Shown here piece after piece: positions 49,664-62,910 of a stretch of DNA of 64,000 nt. The notes beneath the pieces were generated by a model, which was not told the DNA's origin, ran no database searches, and saw only the letters and a program-made list of their open reading frames with translations. The stretch's first letter is position 1; each line of letters opens with the position of its first letter. This stretch comes from Tubiluchus corallicola (Eukaryota; Animalia; Priapulida), in NCBI GenBank assembly GCA_030141605.1, contig JAQGDQ010000007.1, positions 669,173 through 733,172 on the forward strand, read 5' to 3'. Made by a program: the position numbers and the translations under genes.

Positions 49664-51444
49664 TCAACTCGATTCTGCCTTTTCAACATAAATATTATCT
49701 GCTAACAGTGTTCGGTACAGCGTTACGTATTTAGCTACTCTCTTCGTATTTGGGACTATGATGTCCTCGCAGAATGTGACTTTATCCACCATGCTAGAAA
49801 GTGGCAATTCTGGTCCAAGTTGTTGTAGAAACTGAAGTACAAAATCATAACAGTTGTGCTTGTTTGAATGATATCTGCAACAATATATGGACATAGTTAT
49901 AGTTATTGTAACATACGATTTATTCCATTATTCCTTGTTGATTAACATAATAAAAGCATACATATGCAAATAGATATTTGCTATGTGCAGACGCAAAGCA
50001 CATGGCCACAGCTTTAGGAAAGTGCACATGCAGAGTGTGGGCCGGGCAGCTCATGTGAATACCTCCTCTCTGTGTAATATGCTATGAGCAAGTTGACTTA
50101 TAAACTGTTAGCATGTGTTTATCATGTTTCATATATTCTTTGTGGTTGCTTGGATCAAGACATTACTCAGATACCACTCCAGATGGATGATTATGTCAAT
50201 GACTATGCCTATGAACAGGATCCTGTTAGTTTAAACATACTGCGTCACATCCCACCTACACAGGACCAACCGAGATATATTCTTAACTGTTTTACTGACA
50301 TTAGCTTAATGCAAATTTATGTATGGACTTTAGCAAACACATAAAGTCAAATAAATATGTGTATGTTAGACAGTTTAAATCTCCCATATATAAGCCAAAA
50401 TATGTACGTACCTGAATGACTTCCATTGAGGTAATTCACTGAAGGTCTTGAGTTTCTCGTCATGCCAACAGATGGCACCATCTAACTGGATCGACAAACA
50501 TTGATTCCACCCACTTCGCCCTGTGTTTACACCAACTTCATTATAGTCATAAACATTTCCTAAAAAAGATGTCCAAATGAAAAAACTAATGACATAAGCT
50601 CAGAATAACTTATGTTTACACGGATTAAGCTAAAGTAAACTATATTAAAAAACATAATTGTTATTTATTAGTGGATGAATGGCACTCTCTGTCTTGCTCT
50701 TGTTTAAATTAACAAGTAAGAATTTAGATGTTGAAGGCGAAAAACTGCAACAAAGTAGAAGTCTTCGTAAGATTACCTTGTGAGTCAGTAATGCCAATGT
50801 GCAGATCTTCTGTATTCCTGTAATCTCTACAGTAAAAAATAATGATATATCACAATATCACAACATCACTGCATGAAATGACAAGCTATAACTACTTATC
50901 CTTCAATGGCTGTGCAAGAAACTTGGTGAAATATACTAATTTCACTAATAAACCCATTACAATGATCTTGCAATATAAAAACTGGAAAACAATACTAAAT
51001 ATATAAATGGTGTTCGTATCTTCTGCTATAGGCAATCTGAAAATATATCAAGCATTAAATCTGCAGGAATTGATTATTAATAGTAAACTGCAGAAACAGA
51101 TCACTAGTGCTACAGACAGACAGTAACAGTTAGGTTATAACAAAGAGTTTGAGCTACTTTCGAGGGACACACAGTTAGATTACGTTTACTAATTACATGT
51201 AATTAGTGCTGCCACTGAATTACCTGATGAAAGTACCAGTTGACGGTTTAATGACAATGCTATATGGTAAGCAGGAGAATGGACTTGGCACCCGAAAAGG
51301 CGGCATAATAAGTGGCGATGTGGCTAATGTTTCATGGCACAATGGACACGTCAGCGGAAACTGAAAACAAAATATCCGATTCCTCGCTTTGCAGTGTTCA
51401 AAACAGAGTATAGACTCTTCCTCCTGTAGCACCTCGTCTGCCAT
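49664..51444 (-). CDS. MKRN2OS: MKRN2 opposite strand protein homolog (DUF4796)
   Basis: Exons 51444-51224 (CFEHC...CPLC...PSPF...IKPSTGTFIR), 50826-50777 (DYRNTEDLHIGITDSQG), 50559-50412 (NVYDYN...GWNQCLSI), 49874-49664 (YHSNKHNCYDFVLQFL); all phases consistent. Confidence 0.88.
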
Positions 51445-52343
51445 TGAGTTAAACAGTTCAGTTTCACTTTGCCTACAGTATATTAGCGAAGTATTTTAGT
51501 CAGTAGATTCTGTAAAAAGCAAATGTTTTTTAGAAATTGTTCCTAGGAAAAGAACATAAAGAATACAATAACATGACTTTAAATTTCACAAATAGATACA
51601 TATCAATAGCATCAAAACATTTATTATTGAGAATGGCAAAATTTACGTACATGGTAACACTGTCACATTTAAATAATCAGTAAGCATTAAACAACTGTCA
51701 TATTTAAACGATGAACTGCACAAAAGGTAAGCAAATGGTCAATGATGGCAGAGAGTTCCTTCTTCTCACACAGTAGTTATGGTATTAGATCTGGATTTAA
51801 ATTTATGTAATTATGACCTTGCAGTTGGACTGGTTCCTTGTAAGATTGATCTAAAGTAACAGCAAGGAGAAAATAAATAAAATTGGTCTTAGACAGTCCC
51901 TTTGAAGTATTCCTATGCTTGTTGAAAAAGCAGCACTCTGTTAAAATCCAGGTCCCAGTCGATTCTCGCCGAGCAATCGCCTATTCAATATGATTGCTTG
52001 GTACATTTTGATGACCTGCGCTGTTCTCACGATTGCTCTTCAACACTCGTGGACTCATGGACCATCAGCGTATATATGCGCAGGACATTTGGGCAAAGAA
52101 TTCTGTGAAAATACACATTATTATTTATTTAATAATAGAGATAATGCTGAAACAAAAAAATGCTGAACATGACATTGTTTAGTCAAAACGTTAGTTCATT
52201 TGACTGAATAAATAAATTGTTGGCTTTAATAACATTTTTCAGAGGTGTTTAAAATGTTATAAATTTCATAGCAAATCAGAATTTTCTTCTGGAAATATTT
52301 GTTGCCCTATTAGGACCTAGCCCTGAAAAGGGCTGGTCTGGCT

Positions 52344-52640
52344 AAACTGTGAAGCGTATCAATTTATTTGGCTGGATACCACTCTGCCATGTGAAGCAAA
52401 ATACATTCAACTGCTTCTCATTTGTAGTACTGCCGCCTCATAAACTCATCCAAATGCGACGGTAGTGTGGTGGATGTACATCCATGCATAGCCTTCAACT
52501 TGAATTCGCATTTTTTCCACATGCATTCGATGTTTGCGTGGGTGCCAGTCTTTGGCTCAACAAAGTTGTTTTTATGATTGACTACGTATAATTCTGTGTG
52601 TATAATTCTGAGCACAAACCACTCAAATATTGGTACCACT
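52344..52640 (-). mobile_element. Merlin / ISXO2-like (IS1595-related) DDE transposase C-terminal remnant
   Basis: VVNHKNNFVEPKTGTHANIECMW...HG....LPSHLDEFMRR, an in-frame stop, then ECILLHMAEWYP. Confidence 0.8.
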
Positions 52641-53712
52641 GCGCCATTAATAATGGCGTAATTTCTACCATACTAGCAACAGTCTGGTGACTCCATAGAT
52701 AAACAATAAACAGCAAATTGCCCAGAGACAAGTTGCTGTGTGTCCCGTATGTAGACTTTCTTCCCTTTATGAATAGGATATCTTTGCACAGTGTCGTGTC
52801 ATTTGACTTCCTTCACTTCTGCCATACTTCTATCTAACACACAGGATACTTCTATCATAGAAGAAGTGGTGATTGGCTTCAAATGAGGCAGCAATCTGAT
52901 TGACATTGTTTAATCTCATACTGATATACAAACGTTGTGATGTGTCTTCAGCAATACATGTAGCTTCATAGCAATGTGAATTTGCAATGTTTCAGGTGGG
53001 CATTTATACAATGTTATGAATAGTTGTTTACAGTACTGATGTGTGAAACTAGTGATTAAACTCAGATATAATAATTAGCACTATTCTATTGAAAGAATAG
53101 AAATTTCTAAGTTAAAGCACTGCCCCTGCATGAAAAATTTCTTTTCTAAATTTTCCAACTAACCAAACCATCCGCATACCAGGGCATCCTCCATTGAAAA
53201 GTGTCGCTTCATGGCAATTAACAATAGATACCTCTTCTCTGTTGCAAGTCAGATGTCAGTTGCTTGCTGAATGGGCCCACTAGCCCGCTGAGTTAGGCTG
53301 CTGTTTGTTTCAACAAAGGGTTAATTGTTTTTATGACTCGACTGAGTAGCAGAATAAAAATATTATAGTGTTCAGAAGCTTAACGTTCTTCAGTCAGAAG
53401 AAAACAAAGGGGACCTGGATCATTGGAGAGTGCTGAAAAACCTCCATTGAGCTTACCTTCGCATTTAATTTCTACTTCAACAATTTCCAATAAGATGATA
53501 ATCGTGTGGATCTCATTGTCTTCCAAAATCTTTTCTAGTGATTTTAACAAAGGCTTTTAACACTACAGTAACAAAGAATTTGAATAGACCAAAAACAGAT
53601 GAATACTATTAGAATAGTCAACAGATGCAACAGCCTTTTCAGCTAGAATTTTCTAAAGTTGAATCAATTAAATTTGTTTCTTCCAAAATAGCTTATCGAA
53701 AGAAATAAGGAC

Positions 53713-53870
53713 CTAGATGGTAACTATCTGTAAATGGTCCTTTCTCAAATGCCTTTCGAAACTGTCAACTGATGAAGCATTGATGGTTGATGATGTCAGA
53801 TGATTCCATGGTTGAACTATGTGACGCCCAAAGAAGTGTGATCTGATGTCGGTTCTAGCTGGTGTTGTAT
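53713..53870 (-). mobile_element. LINE 3' ORF2 fragment
   Basis: RTDIRSHFFGRHIVQPWNHL....NASSVDSFERHL, matching the FF..RVV..WN.L...A.S...FK motif. Confidence 0.75.
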
Positions 53871-54529
53871 CTACTGTGGCTAAAATATAGAAAATTACAA
53901 GATAAACTTGATTTCTTTCATCTTTGCCTGGTGCCTCAATCGAGCACATCTTTTACTACGAAAACATCGCAGTTCGGCTCATTTTATTTCCTAATCACTA
54001 CAGCTGGTTGTACAAATAACTTATGTAGGGTGCAGAGTACGCTATTAGCCTTACATCAAGAATTTTGTCAAATGTTTAATTATTCTGTGAAAGTTTCTTC
54101 ATTTTATTAAAAATTGTGCTTGTTGGCTGAGTTGCTGTCAGTTTGCATCATACCGCGGATACACACAATCCTTTTCACCAAATTGGCGAGCAACCTGACA
54201 TCAATAAAAATTGCCAAGTTGCAAGATCAAAAACACATATTTTGTTCACTTTGTTCATGTAGTGAAACAGATCACCTGTCTGTAAACTGAGAGAAAATAA
54301 AAAATAATATACCTTAACCAAATGTTGGAATCGCCTAACAAGACAGTTTCTCTCCATAAAAAATAATCTTGAAGCCAAATTTAATATTGCTCGTTCAACT
54401 AGCTCAGAATAAGATTCTTTCAATTTATCAGATGTATAATAAATTGTGTGATGTATTGACATTTTCAATTATTACTGTTAAATAAACAAAGACAATGGAC
54501 GCTGCCACTATGGTTAGAGACTCAATTCG

Positions 54530-54645
54530 TGACCTGTCTCTTTCTCCTACTTGGGCAGCCCATGCATGACGTGTCCTACTTGGGCTAGCCCAAGTACGGC
54601 AATTGTCCTACTTCGGCTAGTGTTCTACTCCGCTCTAGACAACTT
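54530..54645. repeat. Cluster of short tcctacttgggc(t)agccc repeats, probably a transposon terminus
   Basis: Three to four imperfect units, including a cttgggctagcccaag palindrome. Confidence 0.55.
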
Positions 54646-55439
54646 GGACTTGTGACTAATTCTGTATTCGAAGAATTCTGTAAGGCCTGGAAAAAAGTCT
54701 GTTTCTGTCAGAACAGTATTTTCACTAATTATTTTGAGGCAGTTCACAAGGTCTACAGTCTTGACTTGTACCAATTTGTGCATGTATATGGTCAAAAATC
54801 CTATTTGGTAAGCAAAAGGCTAAAATTCTTCTTATGATATTTAAGATTATTACTGGTTTTAGTAAGTAAATTTATTAGTTTATCACCATTTTTATAGTAG
54901 CAAAATGCATCAGTAAGTGATTTATATATCTGGACAACATACAATAAAGTGCAAAAGTAATTATTGACTAGTGGTGAAAAAGTGGCAAAAGAACTATGCG
55001 TTATCGAGGTCAGCCACCCTCTCAGAATTGTTGCTAAGTCATATAATTAATTAATGCGCATGTGCCTAGTAATTAAAAATTATCAGATTTTGCATTTAAG
55101 ACTATTGTTGATTGAATTGTGATACAAAAGGGTTAGTTTCTAAAAAAATAATGTTCTCCATTATAATTGAATTTTGTTCGTTTTGATTCACATTGTGTGC
55201 ACAACTGAAGGAGATGAATACATTATCTATCCATTTATCAATAACGGGAAAGAGAGAAACGTGACTATTTTTTAATATTAAGTTAAGCTTTATGTATTTA
55301 AGATTATTATTATGATTAAGACCTAGAACCAGAGAAAGGAAGAAAAAAATTATTTTTTCGCTTGAAACTAGCAAAAGTGGGAAAGCATGTATGCTTAGTA
55401 ATGAAGAGAAAGGTTGAAAGCAAACGTATCTTGAAATTC

Positions 55440-56230
55440 TTCGGGACAATTCTTACGTTTTCAGCAGGTCCTAGCTTTTCGCCTTGTTTGGGTAGTGGAA
55501 TGAGCATGCCTTTGTGCAAGTATTAAGGGTAAACTCCAGTTTTGGCTACAAAATTTATTATACTCACTATAACTTGATAAGTTTTTGTGGAAAATCTTTG
55601 AGTCAAAAATTAACCAACATGGGAAATCTAAAACTGCCTGAGCGCATTACCGACAGCAAAGTATTGGGTGGGCGCATACATTGAACAGAAGCCTGTTTTT
55701 CGGGTTCCCCTTTTTATATTCAGCGGTTCACTGGCTTCCCTTCACCTTTTCCAAGGTGAGCACAAGTTATTGAGTGTGAAGAGCAGATTATTTTCTTCTG
55801 ACGCTATTATTATGGTTATTCCTGGTTCTGCATACAAGTATCACCCTTCCCCCTAATTACATTTCGTGATAAAAACTCTATGTTTTCTCTCGATTCCATA
55901 ATTTCTCTAAATGCCCTTACTAGTCGTTCAAGGGTTTCTATTTCTGTTGTTTTTATAGTCTGTATACTATACTTATTTATTATTCTTTCCGACTTCTCAC
56001 ATGTTGTATCTTCCTGGATCTTGCACTTAGGACATAGTAAATCTTCCCATTTGTGTCCTTTGTAATTGCACTTCAATTCTTTCACATTTAATATAATTTC
56101 CATTATATTTACTAAATCCGCCAGACCACACTCGTGATATATCCTTGTTTCTTATATTTCTTAGATTTCAAGAAATCTTAGTTTTGTCATTCTCTGTACA
56201 TTATCTTTATGTTCCTGTAATATTTTTATA
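55440..56230 (-). mobile_element. Non-LTR retrotransposon fragments
   Basis: GMLIPLPKQGEKLGPAENVR.I (RT N-terminal motif, 55440-55520) and LKCNYKG...LCPKCKIQEDT (C-terminal zinc knuckle, 55816-56103). Confidence 0.55.
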
Positions 56231-58405
56231 TTGCAACGGTTCGCCTCTTATGAAACCATTGCATATCGACAGTTGTAAGTAATAGTGGTAACTGATTCAG
56301 TAGCAGCATACCAGGGAGGGACAGATAGGCTAATTTGCCATCAAAGCACCTGCTCCAGAAAACAGCCGGTATGGAGGAGGCAAGAGAAGTTATTCCTTCA
56401 AATTTCTGATTTGTTCTGCCATTTTTTTGAACCGTTTTCTAACAACAGAAACTCTCGTCAACCCAGATTGAGTAGAACACTGGACGTCTTGACTTCCATC
56501 AATGACAGATATCACTCTAGTGAAAAGACACAAGTTAATTACAATAAAATAATAATCCAAGGCAGCACGACTATGTTGTGACAATATTTTTGCAAATATT
56601 GGGACAATATGGACATATGGACTTGCTACAACATATTGTATCAATATTTTTAATATTTTTAACAATATGTGTAAACCACGTGTTTCCAATATCGGTGCAA
56701 TGTTGTAGTTGAAACTATACATATGTGTACAATTTGTTTTAGTTTTTTAGATATGAGTAATTTGCTGTAGCTCATGTTATCTGTTACTTTATTACTTCTA
56801 TTTTTATGCATTCCTATTGTGCTCGCAGTTTTAATTTTTTGCACCAGTCGCATTTACCTATTAGCAGTTTAGCCCGTTCATTACAGGCAAACACAGAATG
56901 ATATATTACATTGTATAAAGTACGCTGTCAGTATTTTATGGTAAATAAAGATATCTAAACATTATATTATATATTGTTATAGGACATAGTGTAGCACATT
57001 GCTTCATATTTACAGTTAAACATTTCTATCAACTGAAGTACATTTATATGAATGTCCATGTAACATTGCTTAACAAATCGATTACTCGGTTTCTTTCCAT
57101 TCCTCTATATTCTTATTCTTTTTGCACTTTCTTTTTCTTTCTTACCTTTTCTGAGGTGGCTTGGCAACATTAACGCCCCAATTAAGTCTTCTCAGTTTAC
57201 AGTTGTCCGTTGTAATAAGTATAATTCATTTGGATTTCATAAAGGCGCAATGATTTATTTTGTTAATGTGCAGTGTGTAATGCGATAAATAAATAAAAAA
57301 GAAACTTCAAGTTTCAAGTTTCCCACTCACAGAACCCAATAATTGTAGTGTTGATGCCAAAATGGATTTGGCTGCAAACCACGTAGACGCACACATCGCT
57401 CAATTAACCTTATAATTAAATAATTTGCTTTTTCTTAGTAATTTCCATGAAGATAATAATTTATAAATTGTAAACAATGACAATACAAACACCAAAAATT
57501 ATGGTAACAAGACAGTAGCAAGACAGCAAAAACTACAACAAAAGATATTAATTAAATTATTACACATTATAATGGCACTATTGTTAGCCATTTATTTTGT
57601 GCAACAGTAACAGCGTTTACTCAGCTGAAATGAATTTTCAAGAATACTGTGAATGCTTTATGCCTCATAGCCTATAGGCGTACTATATATATTGTGGTTA
57701 CTCTTATTTCTGTGAAATGCCTTGTACATAAGCACTATAGCGTGTGCGCCTAATAAGTTTAGTGTTCTAGTTATAGGTCTTGTAAAATATATTTTCTCAA
57801 TACCTTGGATCACTTGACGATACTTGACGAAAAATTGTTTACTCTAGACAGTCATTCTCAAACATGTGCTAGTCTTTTTGGCAGCGATCATAAAATAACG
57901 ATACTTTTGTTCTAATAGTAGCCTAATATTTACTTTGTGCCACAGGTCACAATGCTGAAATTGAGTTTGTACGAAACGTGGGCGTAGTCACAGACGCATA
58001 ATTAGTAGTATGAGCAGTGCGTATTTTTAGGTCTAACTTCTCTGTAGACAATGTAAGCAACAATGTCAGAAAATGATCGTTTGTTCGTTTACTTATTATA
58101 ACAATGCTGTTTATTTCGGCAAAATTCTGGTTTACCATAGGTTCAAAACTGTGAAGCCTTTCTTGCGGATTATGCACGGTGTTTAGAAATGTCAATCCGT
58201 TTTACCTTTTGTTACGAGATTTAATGAAGATCCACTGTTACTTCACCTTGTGCTGCAGTACAGCAAGACAGCTAAGTATAAACTATAATGCATTTGCTTG
58301 CGTTACCGAGTTATTTAGATAATTAGTTAATATTTCCATTTTACTAAGTACCCTTTTGCCATCTCATAAAATAATAATGAAATTTCTGCTTTAAAGGTCA
58401 TAGAA

Positions 58406-58596
58406 ATGATGATAGCATGCACCTGACCGCGTAAAAGTTAGCAAAGCTAGTATAGTAGGCTTGAAGAGAGAATGTTTAGCCAACCAGATCAAGAGAATCT
58501 GAGATGATGATAACATACACCTGACCGCGTAAAAGTTAGCAAAGCTAGTAGGCTTGAGGAGAGAATGTTTAGCCAAGCAGATCAAGAGAATCTGAG
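58406..58596. repeat. Tandem duplication, ~95-bp unit x2
   Basis: cacctgaccgcgtaaaagttagcaaagctagta...gagaatgtttagccaa.cagatcaagagaatctgaga occurs twice head-to-tail. Confidence 0.9.
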
Positions 58597-58801
58597 AAAA
58601 GAGCAATTTCATAGGTTAATGACCCACTGAACGCTGATGCTCATAGCATATATACATAGCATATGCACATAGTGGAAAAATTGCACCGTGCAGGATTGTT
58701 ACTATACAGGAAGCATGTCACGTAAACATCAGAATTCACGTGTTCTTTTTTATGTGCTGCTCAGTGCTGCCCATATTACGTGAAGACTATCAGTGAGAAA
58801 T

Positions 58802-60151
58802 ATGATGCCCGAACACATAAATATCTTATTTGGTAAAGCAGCTAAAAGGGCTCTCAAGTTCAGTTTAGCTTTTGTTTTGTGTTTGTGCATTGTTTCAAAA
58901 CTTGAGCAAGTTGCCAATCCAGAATGTTGTGATTCGCATTATACTAACGATCATTATCCCAGGCTGAAAAACAGTGACAAAAAATTGTTCCCGTACATAA
59001 ACAAAACAAACTTGTCTACGACATCAGTGTCGACGCTAACCCGTTTGAAAGAAAAGCAAGACAAAGAATTAAAATTGCGCCAGGTTTTGGCAGACTGGAT
59101 CAAAAGAATGAAGTCAGAAGAAACTCCAGATAATTACAATCACCTGGTTGAATTCACCATGAATCTAAACCAAAAAATAGTGGCATCACAGGCCGATGCT
59201 AAACCACTAGGGGAAAAAGCAAGAAAGAAAACGCTGCTCAAGTGGAGACAAGAGAACTTTCCTTTAACATTGGAAGACGAATATGTGAAGTACGGAATAC
59301 GAAAGGCAGGACTGATAAAAATCAATACTATCATGTATCGGATCTTGCCTGAAGTGGGACAGTTTATACTACCGTGGAAGACCCCCCGCAATAAGGAACC
59401 AGTGTTGGTTACAGCTTTTGACTGGACTCATTTTATCGAAGGGCTCGAACTCATTTTTGAAATCAACAGGTTGTTTCGTAAAGAGTATAACTTCATAGTT
59501 TATGATTTGGGACTGAAGGATGCACAAAGAAAACTGATTGAAAACCAGTGTGAACAGAACAATTGTCGACTTAGGACTATGATGTTTGAGAATTATCCTA
59601 GTCACGTGAGGTTGTTAGAGACAATGACATTTAAACTCGTCATATTGCAAGAAATCTTGTATGAGTTCGGATATGCATTTTGGATGGACACCTCATTAAA
59701 ATTTGAGGGAAACATTAAGAAAAGTGATTTTGAAAAACTAGTCGAACAAACAAGAAGTGGTTTAGGCATGGCAATGTGGTTCAATGGCTTATCACAGTCT
59801 TGCTTTGCGCACCAATCAATGTATTCCTTCCTCGAAGAAAACAGAGCAGATTTCCGGAATACTACTTCACTGGAGGGTGGTGCTGTTCTGATATACAATA
59901 AGTATATGACGTACAGGACAATGTTTGTGCCATGGCTGATGTGTGCATTGTACAGGGACTGCATTGCTCCACTTGGAGCAGAGGCATTGCCGTGTGACAT
60001 TGAGAATATCGGTGCCGATGCCTATTGTTGCCACCGTTTTGATCAGGCTGCTATAACCATACTGATGCAAAGACTCTTCAATTTCGACCAGAAGTTGTAT
60101 ACGCCACATCAACGAGTGCACTATTTTTCTAGACTGGAAGAACGAGAGTGA
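58802..60151 (+). CDS. DUF1647-family type II membrane protein (glycosyltransferase-like), intronless CDS
   Basis: About 449 aa from the ATG at 58802. N-terminal signal-anchor FSLAFVLCLCIV; motifs VLVTA, IVYDLGL, F..YPSHV, FK..I..E.L, FWMDTS, CAL..DCIAP.GA, CHRFDQ. Confidence 0.8.
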   Translation: MMPEHINILFGKAAKRALKFSLAFVLCLCIVSKLEQVANPECCDSHYTNDHYPRLKNSDKKLFPYINKTNLSTTSVSTLTRLKEKQDKELKLRQVLADWIKRMKSEETPDNYNHLVEFTMNLNQKIVASQADAKPLGEKARKKTLLKWRQENFPLTLEDEYVKYGIRKAGLIKINTIMYRILPEVGQFILPWKTPRNKEPVLVTAFDWTHFIEGLELIFEINRLFRKEYNFIVYDLGLKDAQRKLIENQCEQNNCRLRTMMFENYPSHVRLLETMTFKLVILQEILYEFGYAFWMDTSLKFEGNIKKSDFEKLVEQTRSGLGMAMWFNGLSQSCFAHQSMYSFLEENRADFRNTTSLEGGAVLIYNKYMTYRTMFVPWLMCALYRDCIAPLGAEALPCDIENIGADAYCCHRFDQAAITILMQRLFNFDQKLYTPHQRVHYFSRLEERE

Positions 60152-62772
60152 TTAACAAATAACGCCTTGTCATTTTAGATGGAAGAATCTTTGTTTGGCA
60201 TCAACTGTGTGGATTCTGATTGGCAAGCACCTTTTGTCAACTTGATTTAAACGAGTACGACATCCCACGCAACTTAGAACAATGGGACGGAAGTGTATGT
60301 GGCAGCAATGTAGCTTCGAGAGGCACCTAAAAAGTGCTCATGTATACAATGTCACCAGTGACGGTTAACAAGAAGTTTATGAGATGGTCTCGGTTTTGAA
60401 ATTTTTGTGCTTTATATTAATGACTAATGGCCTGCCTACTGTGAAATTGTTTATGCACTTGAACCCTCCAGAATCAGAACTTCAGTAAAATAATAGCAAT
60501 TAAATTACAACTTCCGACTGTATGTGTACAGCAGCCCTGCTCTTGAAGGACAGAAACTTAAATAATGAAGGTAAAGATCAACCACAAAAAGATAACTAGT
60601 AAAAGTGTTGTATAAAAAATGACGATAGTACTGTTATTATTACACATACGTCTTGAAAAACAGAATCTACAATAAAATGAGAATCAATACGTTGAGCTGC
60701 ACAGTACAATAAATAACAAAATATGAACAATATTATAACACAATAAGACTACTTTTATATAGGACTAATAAAACTCGGATATACACGATAATTCACTGCT
60801 TCATGTTATTCTCACACAGCTAACAAATGGTCATTCATTAATTACATAATTACATGACATTAAAGTATGAAGTTACTAAGAACTGATACACAAGACGTAC
60901 ACAAAGATTCACACCTTTTGAAAGATCAGATGTGTTTGAAAGTGTCGTACACACCTAAAGCATTTAAAACAGGTCGACACTTTTCATACATGATAAACGT
61001 GTTTGAACAATATCTGTAGACCTGCTTAAATCTAGATTGATCTGAAAATGTGTGAACATGTAAATATACGTATGTGTAAACACATGCTTGCTGGAAAAGA
61101 ATCAGTTTAAACTAGGCATCACTCAGTTCACTTTTACAGATATGAACATGGAATGGGAGCAAACAGAAACACATTTACACAGACTTCCATAATCATTTCG
61201 TCATCAAAATTAATAGAAATCAATTTGGCAACCAATATATATCTTAAAACACTACCTATAAAATAATTGACTAAATCGTCAACAAAAATTCATCATAAAA
61301 CGAGACATGGAAATTTAAACAAGAAAATCAATAATAATCTCTTAGAAGCATGACATGACAACCTTTAAATTATGCACATCTGTATCATAATGAATGATAA
61401 TCAATGAAAAGTTTTGATGAACAAGGTTTAACATAGATCTATATTTGCAATGCATAATAATAATAACTCAATAAATGACTGTGACATGATAGATTCTAGC
61501 TGTACGCTAGCAACCTTTAACTCCACAGAATGTTTGATAAAGGAGAATTCTGACAACAATTGACTGTCATGTTTCTTATTTATTTTTTAAAACCATTTAA
61601 CAGCACTACACTCTTATGGTATTTTCATGGCAACAAATGTTTTGTATTTACATTAAAATTTAAGACCCTGTTTTTAAAACATTTATAAATTTTTTGCTTT
61701 TCACGTGAAAAGACACGTATTAACTCAGGCATGTTACCATGAAAAAAGTCTAGCAAAACTAGTTACTTATACTTTTTCCTGTATTATCATGATTGCTGTT
61801 TGTATATCCAGTTTTAATTTCCAGAAAAACTTGGAAAAAAGAAAAAGAAATATTACCCACACAAATTACTTTGCCAATGTTGTAATGCTGTGTTAAGAGA
61901 TTTAAGAATGCAGTAAACAATTTTATATACATGTTGAGTAAGTGATAATACAGTGATAGCTAAGAACACGGCACAGTTGTAGATTTTGACATACATTTCT
62001 AAGCAAAATCGCATTATTTACAATAATTATAATTTCGATGATGATGATATATTTCAGAGCAAAACTGACATACACACTTCATGAAATCGAGATTTATATA
62101 CATGATGGCATACACAATGATAAATGGCAGTGACAATTTCATGAAGACAACATATTTAATTAGATCTTACGCAATTATAATTTATATATAACTTCATTTG
62201 ATTAATAAAACTTGCTAGGCCATCTAAAACAGTAACAATATCGTGCCAAGTAACATGCCAACATTCTCACAACCATACATCACAGAATGAGTGCTATAGC
62301 ACTGCTAATTCCAGTAAAGAATAAACAGCATAGAATAGAATAAAATTTGTTGCGAATTCGTAGTCTAAATTGCTAAACTTTTTTTCTAGCAACATTAAAA
62401 ACTGAGATTCTTACAAAAATGTTGTGGCAAGATAAATTTATTCAATGCTAATTTATATAAAAAACTCACAGATATACACATATATTTGTCAATAAAAAAG
62501 CTTAAACATTATGGCAAAAGGGGTGACTAAATAAAAAAAGGAAATGGGGAAATCCTTTATTTGGTGGTTGACAGACTGGAATGAACAGACTTAGTTGATC
62601 TGGCTCTACGACTTAAAGCAGAAACCGACATCATAAACAGTTTGGATGGCAAAAATTTACTTGATTGTGAATTTTCTGACCTTATTCGAAAATAAACTGA
62701 TAACAGTACTATGAGCTCATGGCAACAGACAGGGAGGATAAAGCCTTTAACTGCTAAGTTTTACTAGAACAT

Positions 62773-62910
62773 TTACTCTTCGTCTCCACCGTACATGTCG
62801 GCAAGCTTGTGAAATCGTGGTCCCCAGTTACTTAGTCCCTCAAATTCTAAATCTTCATCATCTGTGCCGCTGGCCAGCGAACTGAGTGATCCTGCTGTGC
62901 TGCCACACCC
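62773..62910 (-). CDS. Terminal exon of a classical (N-type/type III-like) cadherin, beta-catenin-binding tail; the rest lies beyond the window end
   Basis: After tttcag: [45 protein letters not shown]. Confidence 0.92.
   Translation of the reverse strand, partial: GCGSTAGSLSSLASGTDDEDLEFEGLSNWGPRFHKLADMYGGDEE

Noticed and set aside
58406-58596. CRISPR-like array (also considered for 54530-54645)
   Set aside because: Eukaryotic context, only 2-4 units and no unique spacers.
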